DNA of 64,000 bases from Nymphaea colorata. Lineage: Eukaryota. The DNA lies in contig NC_045138.2 in NCBI RefSeq assembly GCF_008831285.2, positions 40,114,001 through 40,178,000 of the forward strand, written 5' to 3'. The position numbers were made by a program, and so were the translations under genes. The notes under the pieces are model-generated. The model saw nothing but the letters and a program-made list of their open reading frames with translations, did no database searches and was not told the origin of the DNA. Shown piece after piece: positions 35,437-49,089 of this stretch; the stretch's first letter is position 1, and every line of letters begins with the position of its first letter.

Positions 35437-36725
35437 AAGGGTTCCACCAGCGAGATTTTAATTATTCTTTGAGATATTTTGAATTTTTCTGATTTTTTAA
35501 ATTTATTTTGATATATATTAATATACGTTTATAAACAACTATTTGTTTTTCATTAATCCACAATAAAGCTCAGCTGAATCACATTGGTGAATTTAGCCGA
35601 TTCACGAAATCGGCTGCTCACCAATTTTATTCACAAATCGATTCTTACAACGCCATCTAAAGGGTCGCTCCTGCGCTGATCAATTTGAAACAGGCAACCA
35701 AATGGCTCAACTATTTTTGTAAGTTAAAAATTTCTTTGGCCCTTTACCTTTAAATTCTAACAAAGTTTATGCACAGCGCAAACGGGTCGATTTGCCGACA
35801 CCTTTTTCCGGCCATGTCAATAAACATCCATCACCCAATTCCGGCCATATCAATGATCATGCGTCACTCAATTATGGGGAAATGAGTTTTCTTCTCTTTC
35901 TCTAGTGAAAAAATTATTACGAAGCCTTTCTAGATTCTCACATGGGAGCACGTACAGACTGAAACTGCAACTCACTGTTCGGAGTTATCTCTCGCAACAA
36001 CGGTTATTGAAACTTGCAATTATTGAAATGATCCTGGTTAGATGGAGAGTTATATATATATCACATTTAGTGGACATTATAAGACATCAAATTTCAACCA
36101 TCCAATTAGATATTATTTAATCTTAAAATAGTATTGCCATGAGAAACATTTAATAGGCTAATTCTCTTTCAATCTAATAAGTAATAACGTTTCTAGAACC
36201 ACAGAAAAACGAACCCTTCATATATACGCCCTCGCCGCTTGACGTACACATCATTAATATAGGAACCGTTATATCTGAAGGACCGTTCACCGTTCAGATT
36301 TTGGCTTTGGCCCCCACTGGTTTCTTGGATTCCCTTGGCGCTCTCTCTTTTTGCCGCTTTTTTAATTCAAAACCGAGAATTTGGATTTGGATAATCTAGG
36401 TAGATAAAAAAATGGGATTAAATTTGTTAAAGAAAACTAAAATCTAAAAACCGTTCACGTCTCCCTCCATTACCACCATGACACCAAACGCTTAAACTCC
36501 GTAAATGGACTTGTTCTTTGTTTTCTTTTGTTAGATTTGGATTCGAGATTTGGATCCACAGGCGAGTCGGACCTGTACTCACTACTCGGACCCTCCCCGA
36601 AACGGTCGCCCACCAATTTTGACCCAACACGACGACGACGAAGCGAACCGTTTCCCATCCCGAACGGCTATTTCTCTCTCGCCGTCTCCGTTCTTCTTCA
36701 CTGTCTCTTTCACTGCCAGTCCACC

Positions 36726-38610
36726 ATGCGGAAGCCTTGCTTCGTCGTCTCCGGCGCTCCGGCTCTCCTCCCCTTGCTGGTGCTGCTGTCGGAGATGGCC
36801 GGCGGGACGAGGGGCGACGACCAGAGCTACGACGTCGAGCTGTGGTGCGTGGCGAAGAACAACGCCCCCGACTCGGCCCTCCAGACGGCGCTCGACTGGG
36901 CCTGCGGCCACGGCGGCACGGACTGCTCGCCCATCCAGTCGGGCGGACCGTGCTACGACCCCTCCGACATCCAGGCCCTCGCCTCCTTCGCCTTCAACGA
37001 TTACTTCCTCAAGAACGGCCTCTCCCAGCAGAGCTGCGACTTCTCCGGCACCGCCGCCCTCACCTCCCTCAACCCCAGTACTAATTCGACCTCTTTTTTT
37101 CCTCTTCTTCCCACCTCTCCCTTTCTTCTTCCCTTTATTTCACGTCTTTTTCCCTTCTTTTCGCTTCCGTTCGGATGCGAATGTGCAGGTTTCGGAAACT
37201 GCTTTTTCCCATCGAGGTGAGTCATCGTCAGTCATCCCTCTTTTCTCTTTCGAATTTTTAGGGTTTAGTCTCATTGCTACAATCTGTGGCTTCTTCCCTC
37301 GGTTAAAATCCCAACTGTGAATCGGAATGGGGATTCGTTACCAGAGCCTAAAATAAAAAATGTCCCTTTCTGCGGGACTTTTTTTCTCTTTGGAGGCTTC
37401 CAGACTTCCAGTTATCCAGAAAAAGCAGGATAATTCTGGGGAAACTGACGTTAAGCTTCTATGGAAATCAGTGTGGTTTTCTAACTTTCCAGCTCAGATT
37501 CCCCGACTTTTTTTCTGGATAAACGGGCATAATGTAGAGGACGTACGACCAAGTTCGGATCGCACATGCGCTGATGCTTACTGGGTTCCAGGGAAGGAAC
37601 CGACAGGCGTGTGGGGCCCTTACAGAGTCCTGGTGAATGTAATATAACGTAACCGTCTTCGCTTTTTTTAACGCCTTGTCGTGAAATTGAAGGTGACGTT
37701 TCGTGAAACTGAAGAAGGAAGGGTCCAAGGCCCAAATAATTTTTATTTGCTCTTAGTCGAAATTTTGGATCCTTTTGATGGGTTTCTTGTAAAGCGCTTT
37801 TCTTTTTTCCAATAATTGAGCATCCTTGTTATGTTTGTGTCCGAATTAAACGTTGACGTCTTTAAGCTTAGAGTCCAAAAAAGCTTAATTTTAACCGAGT
37901 TTTTATAGTAAATTATCGTTTCGAATGGGGGGGGAATGAGAAAAGGAGGTCGACTGATGTTTACAAGATCGTTTGCTTACCATTGCCACGACGCAATTCC
38001 CTGTAGAAAATGAGTCTGCTATTGGCTAAGCAATGTAACGAGCAATTCCTTCGTAGAAAATCAAATGTAGGAAAGTTTCTTGAAGGTTTCGATCATATGG
38101 ATTTTGCTGTTTCATTTTATTTGAAATAAGATTTCATCAGGAACAAAAAGGGGAAATCTGTCGGTCGCTTTAAAGTTCATGAGAGTTAAGGCATTCTTTA
38201 TATATTATATTTCATCTTAATTTTTTCTCTAATTGACACGCCCAAGTATAAAACCATGGTTTTTGGAAGGACAAAGACCATAAATAAAACCATGGTATTT
38301 TTATCAGCATCCCGTACCTTAGTATGGTAATTGTTCAGGAATATTGGCGATAACTTGTCTAATGTTGTAGGGATGAACAGCTACAAAGCAAACACTTTAA
38401 TAAGTGATGTTCTGATTCTTGTGTTGCAGTTTTTCAGTAAAGAATGGGACCTCGGGAGGGAGGAGTACTGAAGGAGGAGGTGTCCCTCCTGGTTTCTACA
38501 TAAATGAGTGGGGAGGTGCAGCGGGAGAAAGAAGGGCATCTGCATTATCTGCGTCTGCATCTGCTGCGGCCACTATGGTGGTGCTCATCCTCACTCTTTA
38601 TCCTTCATGA
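36726..38610 (+). CDS. PDCB5: GPI-anchored X8 (CBM43) callose-binding protein, PDCB5-like, 186 aa
   Basis: Exons 36726-37077, 37189-37216 and 38430-38610 (GT-AG, frame consistent). Signal peptide (ALLPLLVLL), X8 domain LWCVAKNNAPDSALQTALDWACGHGGTDCSPIQSGGPCY...ASFAFNDYF...SCDFSGTAALTSLNPSFGNCFFPS, and a hydrophobic C-terminal GPI signal. Confidence 0.9.
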
Positions 38611-41470
38611 TCATCTCTTCTTCTTCTCACTTCTCACATCTTCACTGAGTGTATAGTCGGATGCAACAAAATTACTTCTCATCTTCTGTCCTTTTCTCTT
38701 CTTCATCATCATCTTCTTCGTCTTTTCCCAGAGCCCACAGCTCATTTACTGCGTTCACGGGCCAACGAATTGTTATATAATATTCACTTGGTACCTTTTT
38801 TTGGAAGGGCTGTACTGTAGTAGTTTGTCGGTCACGACCTAGTGAAAGGTTGCGTGTTAAATTATGAAGTCTTCTTGGATGCCAGCAGTTTTTTCTTATG
38901 GGTAAACGTATAGCATAAAACGAAGATGTCCGATACTCAAGGATGAATTTCGAAGCCCATCCATCTAACAACATATTTGCACAGAAATTTGTTCTTTCTT
39001 TGGGTGAATTAGATCCATTCTCTTGGATTTATCCTCCTGCATCTAGAGGTATCAACAGCCCAGTTTCAGACAGATGGTCAAAATTCAGTCGAGGAAAGTC
39101 TAAGTTTCAAACTGTGCTGGATCTTTTGTGCGCCTTGGACTTACTCTGCTTCGAACAAAGTATGAAAAATTCATGTCACTCCGATTCAACTCACGAATCA
39201 ATATCAAACCCATCTTTGCACTTTCCGTTGGTCTTAGCCTCAGCAGAACACCAGCCACCAGCCCGTGACGACTGGGCCTAGGTTTATTTAAACCAAGCCC
39301 AGTTCCGTGGGTGGTCGCAATGGAATTTGAATGTGCAACTTTGTACTCTCTGGATCATCTCTCAACAGGGGTGTCAGTGCCCTCTTTGGACTGCCCAAAT
39401 GGGTATACGTGTTCTCGACTAAGTTGAATCTCTAGCAAGCCTCTATGAGTACATGATGCTTCTGCTGCGGAGGATGGAGAAATTATTCTTACTGTGCAAT
39501 GACCCATCAAGCATTTGGGAGTGAAAGCCACTTGCTGTATTGCTGCCACTGTTACTGGGGGGTGTTTGCATAGGGGTAAAAGGAAACACGGGAAAAAGTG
39601 CAGCGAAGGTTTCACTATTTTTGCTTTCGACGAGTGAAAAAGTCAGACGCTTAAGACAAAAATTTCACTCTTTTTTGGGATGCAAAGTGTCACATTTACC
39701 GTCATCAATGTTTTCCTTGTCTGACTTGTTCTCGAAATTTTACCCCTATGCAAACTGCAGATAAAAAGGCACATGTAATCAAACACAAGCCATGATATTC
39801 AACTTTTTTTTTTTTAATTACCGTACGCTCGGTGAAACTTTGGTTGAATCATCCTGAAGAAATTCTTCATAACGTGCATCGAATTCCTGTAGTAGATGCA
39901 TTTAGAGTGACAATTATCCACAAACACTTTGTTTCTTTTATCTTGGATAGGCACTCTTACCAAATTACGTCAGCAGTAACACACCATTGTATTGAACGGG
40001 TGGGCCGGATCCCCAAGCAAGATTATATCAGTACACGCAGCATGAAATCCAAAACACGCTATATAACCGAACTAGAATTTGGTACATCATTTTCCGAGGT
40101 AATCTGTCAATGACCAATGCATGCTTATGAATATGTTACTCCATTTGCATCTAAAACTTCATACCAATTTCCCATTTATATTTTTGAGCCTGAATCTGAC
40201 TTTTGAACAAGAATCGCCAATGTCCAAATAGTTGATTAAGACAATATGTAAAAATGCCTATTGTTGGCCGCCATATGCATTTCGGTCCCAAGATCCAAAA
40301 CAAGTGCAGAAAAAGTACTAAAACCGTGTGTAAAAGCCTCAACAATGTAGATTGGATGCAGAAACCTGGAACTGCATTATATAATCTTGCTGTTTATTTG
40401 GTTCTCCAATCACACGGACAAAACTTTGTCCACTGAGGCTTCTGCTTTTATTCTGTTTTTAACTCAGGCCTTCATCAAACTTCCAATTCACTAGAGTAGC
40501 CAAGAATGAGCATATACAAGTCGCAGGCTCATTATATAGAGTAGCTCCCTTTGGGACTTCCATTTAAATGTCAATAATCCAGAATCGTAACCAAGATGCA
40601 GTGAGACGTTTGGGATTCATCTTGGGTACGACTTTGGTATCTTAATCTTTGGTTGGATCTTCTTTGTTTTAGAGTTTGGAATTGGATCTATACAAATTTA
40701 CAGTTGAAATTTGGTCTTAGTTTTCCCTCTACATAAAATGTTCATTGAACAAGCCAACTTCTGTAAGGTTGAGGCATATCTATGATTTTTCAGTTGATTT
40801 TTTTTTAATACACGGTTCAGATGCGGTTTTAAGGGTTTTCTTCTTATTTCCAACCACTCTAAAGGTATTAGCTGTTCGGACGCCCCCTACTTGCAATTCT
40901 GTCCTAGAATTTCCACTAGATCTAATTTCAACAACAGGTGCAAATCTTCAGCAGAATCTAGGTAAATCTTCACCTCACCATTAATTTCCCATCCGGAGCC
41001 AAAAGGCCAAAGATACCAAGGAGAAAAAGCCAACTGAATTGTACAAGTACTTTCACGGCACTGCACATGGGCCAAATTAGCTGCACAGAGATTCGAGGGA
41101 AGAAGTTTTAGTGATCAAAAACCGAGCAACAGATTCTTCTAAAAACAATGTGCAATTGGTGGGCTTCACAATACTTGATAAAGGCCCACCTGCACTTTGC
41201 TCTACTGTTATTAGTGGAGAATGAATTGACCATACTCAGTTCGATCTATGTACCATCAATCAATATTTGAGTGGTCCAAAACTTAGCTCCTGTTTGGAAG
41301 AAAAAATGTCAGACGGTAAAGAGAATTGAGTTGTGGTTTTGGAACTTGCCTCCTTGCGTTTAAGATCACCAGGGCAGTGTCACCAAAATATAGGATTGCC
41401 AATGAAGTTTTTTTCGCTTCTGAAACCATTACAACCATATTTTAAAACTGTCTTGGAGGAGTAATCATCA

Positions 41471-41764
41471 GGGGTCTAGTATTTGTCGTTCGCAGAGAGG
41501 AAGACACTGATTATTGGCTGGCTGGAACCAAAAGTGAAGATTTTGGTGGACAGGGATTCCATAAAAACTTCAACCCTGGAATGGGCTGGAGTCGAATATC
41601 AAGGACAGTAGCGAAGGGCCCTGATATTGCCGCTGGGGTTTGGAGTCTAGTGTCTACATTCTGATGTTCATGATCTCGATAGTCATATCAATGATTTGGA
41701 GGAGATCTCCCAAAAAGAATTTAGTGCCCATTTCTTCAACTATCCGTCGTCTTTCTTTGGCTGA
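41471..41764 (+). pseudogene. psaA: Decayed plastid psaA 5' fragment (NUPT)
   Basis: Across frameshifts it reads (L)[21 protein letters not shown] / SRTVAKGPDIAAGVWSL / [26 protein letters not shown] / QLSVVFLWL. This matches the PsaA N-terminus as recalled ([23 protein letters not shown]...[53 protein letters not shown]). An SD-like GAGAGGAAGA precedes it. Confidence 0.9.
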
Positions 41765-44700
41765 AAAACTTTGGTATAACTTTGTTGCTTTCTAATATGA
41801 AACTAAGAATGGCCATCAAGTCCGCAAAACAATACCTGAAAAGCAAAACGAGCTACCAAACTGTTGGGTGTTGGAATCTCCAAAAGCTTGAATCGAAGAA
41901 CACCGTATTTCCATCTAAACGCAAATCACTGTATAATATAGCCTTGTTGGTTAAGTCACCTAAATGCGGTGCAAGTTTTGGTGAGGGTTCTTAATTTGTC
42001 ATCGAAATCAACTCCGTAAGGACACTCTCAAGAAGCCAAGCTTCGGCGGAGACTGCGAATCATAATACAGGGAAGATCCTGCAATGGGTAGCTGGTCATG
42101 TTTTCAAACATCATTACTGTAGCGCTTTGCAGGGTTTATAAGCTAAAATCATACTTTCCTGGGAGCTGTTTTTTGGGGTTCAACGAGAAGTCACATTGGG
42201 TGTTACATGGGTGGAAAGATGACTGTAGATATGACAGATTGAACCGATGCGGCCACGTCTCCACCCCCAAAAGTAGCTTCTTCTATGTCACGAGGAGGAA
42301 AACGGAAAAAAAAAAAAATCAGTCCACCACCTAACGATCCGAGCTTTTTCATGCCATTGTTCTCGTAACTCATGGTGGAAAAAGCTGAGGCTTACCTCTC
42401 AACCTGGTTTTTTTTATCCTGTCCTGTTCCTTAACGTTCAGAGTCATTTACCTTTTCTCGGGGAAAGAAAATATTGTTTTAGTTCTTATCAAAATCACAT
42501 CGTGTTAAAGAATTGATTCACAACATCCCCAAGCATCAGCATCTATTTCTTGGAAAAGAGTTCTGCTGGGCTGTCAAATCTGGAGCTTTAACTGGGAGCC
42601 AGCCTTAATATTCTTCCAAAAACACATCTTATTTTCTTTTAAAGGCAGTTTGATTGCGACTGCTCTGCAGATTGATTAGCACACAACTCGAAGTGAAATA
42701 TTTAGTTAATAAACCATATGAATTTGAAGCAAACCAAAAAGAGAAAAACTTCACCAGACTTGGTTCTTATCACCTTGCCTTGATCAATGCAATCTGCTGA
42801 AATGAAAAACATATCAAGATGGAAACCACCTGAAATTATGGGGTGGTGAATCGACGGCACTTAATTACAACTACTGCACTTTCACAACAACAGTTAGATG
42901 CCTAACCAAGTTGAGGAACAACGTAAACCTCAGTGCAGCAAAAATGGCATCTGGTAATCTCAGTGTGATCTTATTCAGTCCCACTATCATAAACACTAAA
43001 AGCAGAAAAAAGGAAATGGGATTTGCATATCCTTAGATGATCCTACAGCCTCATCAACTTCAGTGTTGATCCAAACATGGTATACTTCTTTTTGGGGTTT
43101 GGAGTGAGCAATAAATTGATTCCCTTGAAGCAGTTGACCCTTTTTTGGAAAAAAAATTGTGGGCCATTGTTTGTTTCAAGGTCTCCTTCTCACTGACTTG
43201 CATGAAAGTTCATGTGGGTTTCCTGCCCCTTTTATTTGGCAGAAGAGGGTTGAGCTTTGGACCACATGCATCACGAATTTGCAAAGTATCCAATAAATGT
43301 ATGGGAACAGCATGCCTCTTCTAACTTTATTCATACACAATACCTGCTCCGGGCTGTGAGTTGTAAAGTCATGGATCATTACTGTGAATAACAAGTAAAT
43401 GGGAACCCCCAAAAAGCTTCTCCTTCAAGTACACACTTATCGGGAAATTGATAGGGGGGACCAAATCTGCAATGACAAACAGAAGATCACATGAGTTGAA
43501 GGTGGATTCCGCTTTCCTGTTGCTTGTATTTGAAAGGTTCTGTTCTATGTTTCCACATTTAGGAGGGCGGTAGCCATTATTCAAAAAGTATTGTCTGTGC
43601 CTTGTCTTGCAATCTGATTCTAGATATGGATGACACATGCATATAAAATTCAAATATTCTCAGAAAATTCAACGATATCTAGCTATAGCTAGTGTAAACA
43701 TTAAGCAATTTTAAAAAGAAGAAACCACAGTTACAAATAGGCTACTGAAATTTACTTTCTGAAGTGCTAAAATTATAAAAGTAGCCTACTTTGAGCAACA
43801 AATTTGTTTCTTGTATCTCGCAAAAGGAGTAAACAATAGAATCATACCTTGCGACAGACTGTCTTAGGAAATGAGCTCCATTAGGTTCATTTCAGTGAAA
43901 ACAGGAGACAAGAAACTTGCATCATGGAGATGAGGAATGGAGGTTTTTATAATTCATATTGAGCACCAAAGCTTTGGTTGTCATGCAACAGCATAAGTTG
44001 ATGAAATGAAATTAAGAGTTCCTTCATTGTTAAAGTTTGTCTGCAATTATTCTTTCTGAAAAACCACTCTGTGGTGGACCTTTTCTGTATCTTTACCAAG
44101 ACAGCACGTGCAAAGCACTTTCTAGATTCAAGAACCAAATATCTTCCCATGACCGAAAACTGGCTGATTGATCCTAGGTTTTCATCCACGCTAAAATATC
44201 TTGTAGGATGTGGTAATCAGGTAAGAAAAGCTTTCTGGATGCGTTTTCTCAAAAAATATACTAAAACCCAACTTCAATCTATTGTCCATGACATCCATTT
44301 CAGACAAATTTATAAGGTACACGTTTAAACTTAGTTTGAGATGCGAATAGGTACAATTTTACTCTGATAATATAAAAATACATAATGTGAACTACATCCA
44401 TATCCACCCACTTTGAATAAATGCGTGTACTTGTGCAGCCCTTTTTAGGTGCTCTACTGCCGCTCCACAGCTTTCTGATTTACTGTCCTTAAAACTGCTG
44501 AGATGTGGTCATTCGTGCTTTTGGTGTGACAGTTCTAATCGTGCTGAACAACTTTCCCATGGATGAACGACCGACTGTATCTTTTTCTCTGCAAGCCAAA
44601 CTCGAAAGGAAGAAGAAAGGAAGATAGAGGAAGGATTCAAAAGAAAAAGAAATATTTCTTCCATCATCAGATTGGAAACGATACCAAAACAGTGAAATTC

Positions 44701-47695
44701 TACTTGTATTTCATGCCACAGTATAGTGAGATTGCGTTCGATTCATGAAACACCGAAAGGCGAAAACCAATTTAGAATTTGACAGCTTCTCTTGAAATTG
44801 GAATGTGAATCTTTCAGGATGGAATTCAGCTTTTGCAAGATTGTGGTTGCATGGTATCATTTATTCAGTTGTTTTGTTCGTGATCCACGGAATTGCTAAG
44901 ATTCCGGATCAGAGTATGGTCTTTTGCTATTCAACATACGCGTATAATTGGACAAAAGCACTACCCTAGTGGATTTTCAAGGGGTCACCAGCACCATCGC
45001 CTATGTTACAAGGCTAAGAGAAGAACATGACATGACGCAAGGTAGTAGCGGAGCCAGAAAATTTTTTCAGATGAGAATTAATACATAGAAACTCAATTTT
45101 AAACTATTCAAAACTTATTAAATCCCTTGAATACAGAGTAAAATACCGTGGGGACACCATTGCATAATAAGTCAATGTGAAAGCAGGACCAGTTCCTTGG
45201 TTTGAGAACATTTTTGAAAGCGCCAGCATAGGAAGATTTTAGGAGGTTTAATCAATAAAAATATAGGTTTTCTAATTTTTAATATGAAAATATTTTCCAA
45301 GGGATTACTTTCAATTATTGAAAATAGTGGAATTTTATAATAATATCGTGTCATTAGCATAATAGCAGAAATGCTTGTTCTGGGAGACAAATCTGCATAA
45401 TTAATTAATAATATATAATGGTGATTTTCACTTACTAAGCACACACACACACACATATATATACATATATATCCCAAAATTATGATTTAGAATATGACAT
45501 TTATGAGGCCAAGAATTTGTTTTCTGAAAATTAAACAGAAGACACGGTTAGGTATATTAGATTTTATATGAGGGACAAATCTAAGACCATTAAATACATT
45601 TATCTATAAAACCTATCTCATAAGATCTTTACAATTTTTTTCGGTCATATAGTTTTAAAGATTTTACGTACATCAGTACAGCTGAATTAATCAAAAACAA
45701 CTTTACGTAGTCGGGCAATATATAAAGATAGAAACGAATGAAAACGTGAGAGAAAAAAGTAGGTAATTAAAACCGTAAGATAGTGAGATAGAAAACATGA
45801 GGCAAAAACCAATCCCCTATATGTACGTGCGCACACACACTCACACACATAAATCTTAATAACCACTAATTATAAAAATTCAAATTCTGTTTCTCTCCTC
45901 TCTCTCGCTTTATATGATTTAATAAGACGAGGAGGAGAGAGATAAAAACAAAATTAAATTTATCTTGCATGATCATTATACTTTCGTCATTCCATAAAAA
46001 CATAGAACATGCCAATTTTTTTGGTAAGGACATTTTAGTAACACATTTTCTTTCTATCAAAAAACTTGGGTTTAATTAATCAGCTAGTACAATTGATACC
46101 TATATATATATATATATAAAGAAATTGGTAAATAGATGACCTTTAGGTGCATGACCTGTAAAGAATCATGTTTACTGTTGATCTTTTTAATAGGGAATAT
46201 TGAGAGAAAATCAAACAAAAAAATAGAAATAATCCAATTTTTTCCTTTTTCCTCATTAGATAATCAATAGTAAATCATTAAAAGAATTTGATTGCCAGAA
46301 ACCATAACTGTCAGGATCCAATATCTTCATTGTGCATATGAATATACAGAGAGTTGATTCTAACTTGTAAACAAGCAATTGAGACAATTCTTTTTAGTTC
46401 TCATTTGATTAATAGTAAACATTCAATAATGACAGATAAAAAAAATTGTTAAAAAATCGGAGCTATCAACGTTAAAGCAGTCAGAATAAATCTTTAACAC
46501 ATACGCGAGGGACAGAGGGAGTGAGAGATACTGTTTGGCTGAACAGGAATAGGCTTCGTTGATACAACTCGATTCGACAATCTACTTTCTTGATACTGTT
46601 TAACTTTTCATGGCTGGTCTTTTCCCCGGCCGAGATGCTATGTACAACTCAGCGCATATGTAGAAAATTTACATGCTTGTATCTTACTGCATCGACCAAT
46701 ATGGCAATATCAGAATCAGCCAAGCCAGCCTTAAGTTCTCTCTGCTGGTGGCCTTCCCCCGTTCGCAGAAGTCAGTATCAGAATAAAGCGAGTAAGAACA
46801 GCCGGCCCTCCACTCATCCCCTTGGATTTTAAGATTGCACCATCAGATCTAACGCCAAATTCAACGATATGATCTCCCCAAGTTGGCAGCAGTCATATCA
46901 GATCTGAGGCAATCAAACACAAACTAGAAGAACCAATGTTGCAGATTTCAATTTCTATCACATATCAGCCTGCATTAGCTTTAAAAACATAAGTTAGAAG
47001 TTCAGGAAGCAGAGTTTCAGATAGATCCAAAATATATGCAGTTTTCTCAATCCCGTGAGAACAAAAACAAGTCCTACATACCCAAAAATCCACAGTTAGA
47101 TTGATCAAAATTTGACTCTGAATAAATCCAAGTTAAAATGTTAATATGGATGGTGGCTGCAGCTTTGGATTCATCCAAAGCAGCTAAATTGTACATTAGA
47201 AATTGGGTCGAAACTGAACTTGGCATAATAAAAAAGACAATGACAGAACTTTTCAACTACATCCATCCTATGTCACACCCTAAATAGAAATGACTAGACA
47301 AATGTGTTAGGAGAGCCACGAGAAAGAGGCTCACTTAGACGACAGTAAGAAAGTAATGGGGGTGCTTTATGACTTTACCAACCACGCGTTTGGGTATGCT
47401 TGAAAAGATATCATAGATACTAATGAAATTTCACTTGGAAGCACTTCTCAAATCCAGCAATTTTTCTTCAAAATAATTTCAAAAGGCTGAGAAGAAAAAG
47501 TGAGGTTTGTCTTTTTATTTTATACTTTTGTGGGTTAAATCATTTTCATATTTGACTCAAGATTCGAAATAAATATGATAAAACCCTCAAATCAGACTAA
47601 TTTGTTAAAAGATAAAATTGAGAAAACCCTCAAACCAACTACATCCATAAAATTTTCAATGAGAGTGCGGTGGTATGACCGTATGAGATAAATGT

Positions 47696-47699
<4 letters not shown>

Positions 47700-47728
<29 letters not shown>
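47700..47728. repeat. (GA)n microsatellite upstream of the SPEAR/TIE gene
   Basis: About 14 GA units. Confidence 0.95.
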
Positions 47729-47731
<3 letters not shown>

Positions 47732-49089
47732 CACGTACCAGAGACGGACAAATGCCATTCTGTTTTTGGAAATCTATAGATGTAACTGGCTGTCTCTCAC
47801 ACTTTTCTAATAAAAAAATCGAGATACTGAGATGAGGATAAAAAACAAAAGAAAATTTCCCTTTAAAGCGCTACTGTTTGGCCATAATCTTAAATGGAGC
47901 TCAGATATTGTTGTTTTCTTAAGAATGATCTCTTCTTTTCTACAACTGCTTCTCAACTCTAATAAAAATGTTACTCCAATTAAAAGACATGACTGTACTT
48001 TCCTGGTTCTCCTTAAGTGTAAAGTACTTATGAACTTGACAATGTAATAGTATTTGAAGCATTTTTTTTTTAATGTGTTTTCAACATAATATCGTTTATC
48101 TTGGGGTTTTTCCTTTTGTCAGTTGCCAGTAAAAGGAGATTTATGTTAGAGAAAGGAAAAATTGGAGCCCCGTATTCAAATTTGTAACTAAGGTGAGTTC
48201 CTGAATGAAGTTCTCTAAAGAAAGAAAAGGCAGCGGAGGAGAGTGAGGAGAGGTGGTGGTGACGATAGTTTTAAAAAAGAATCAGTGGGAGCAGGGGAGA
48301 ATGGATCAACACTTTCTGGTGTGTCTGTGAGTGAGAAAGATCTGGGATGCGAAGATTTTGGCGAGAAAAAATGAGCTCCAGATCTACCAGACGAAATTCC
48401 AATGCGGTTGTTCCCTCCTTTTGAAAAAATCTTGTTGTTGTTGGTGTCTGAAGGGATAAAGATTGAGGTTGAAGGTACTTTACAACTGCAATCTTTTTCT
48501 CGTCGAATTTTTAGCCGATCTTTCTACTCGACTCGATTTTTCTGTCTTTTTTTTTCTCTTCATTTTCGAGGTTGGGGAGTAAAGTGAGGACCGAAGATAA
48601 ATCACATACCCATCCTTTTGCTGATGACAATGAGATTCTGAACTTTTTTCCTTTTTTTTGTTTTTCTTTTCTTCTATGAATGCTTCATCTTTTTCAATAT
48701 AGCTTGGGTTTTAAGTCTAGGTAATGTATAGAAGAAGAACCATTTTGAGCTTTTAACCTTTGTATCTTCATCAGACTGAAATCTCCATTGGCAGAAGAGA
48801 GGAAAGTAAAAGGAGAAAACTGTTTCTTTTCGTCTTCTTATTCTTGTCATTCCCTTTTCCATTATTTCATATAGACTTGGTTCCTCGAGAAAAAAGAGAA
48901 AAGATAAGCAAATTTTGTTTATCTTGGCTTTCTCTTTTTCAAGGTATAAAATCTAGGATTTGAGAGAGAAAATTGGGATCTTTCCCATGCGGGTTTTAGA
49001 CTTCTTTGATGGCAATTTTGCTTCAAACTGGAGGTCAAGCTGTGGCCGTCTCTAGATTTTCTTTTGGTGGTTCTATCAAAGCTGAGGCC

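Noticed and set aside
36528..37320. 230-aa and 256-aa unspliced ORFs at the X8 locus
   Set aside because: They are intron read-through and shadow frames. The spliced model from ATG 36726 gives a signal peptide, a complete X8 domain and a GPI signal.
43176..44200. Possible LINE ORF2 3' remnant on the minus strand (WEDIW, IWSP..P.K, YIYWIL fragments)
   Set aside because: The similarity is too faint to assert without a profile search.
44463..44480. CCACAGCTTTCT resembling miR396, and GAAAGCTGTG at about 62570
   Set aside because: Partial 10-12 nt matches with no precursor hairpin. The second lies in an intron.
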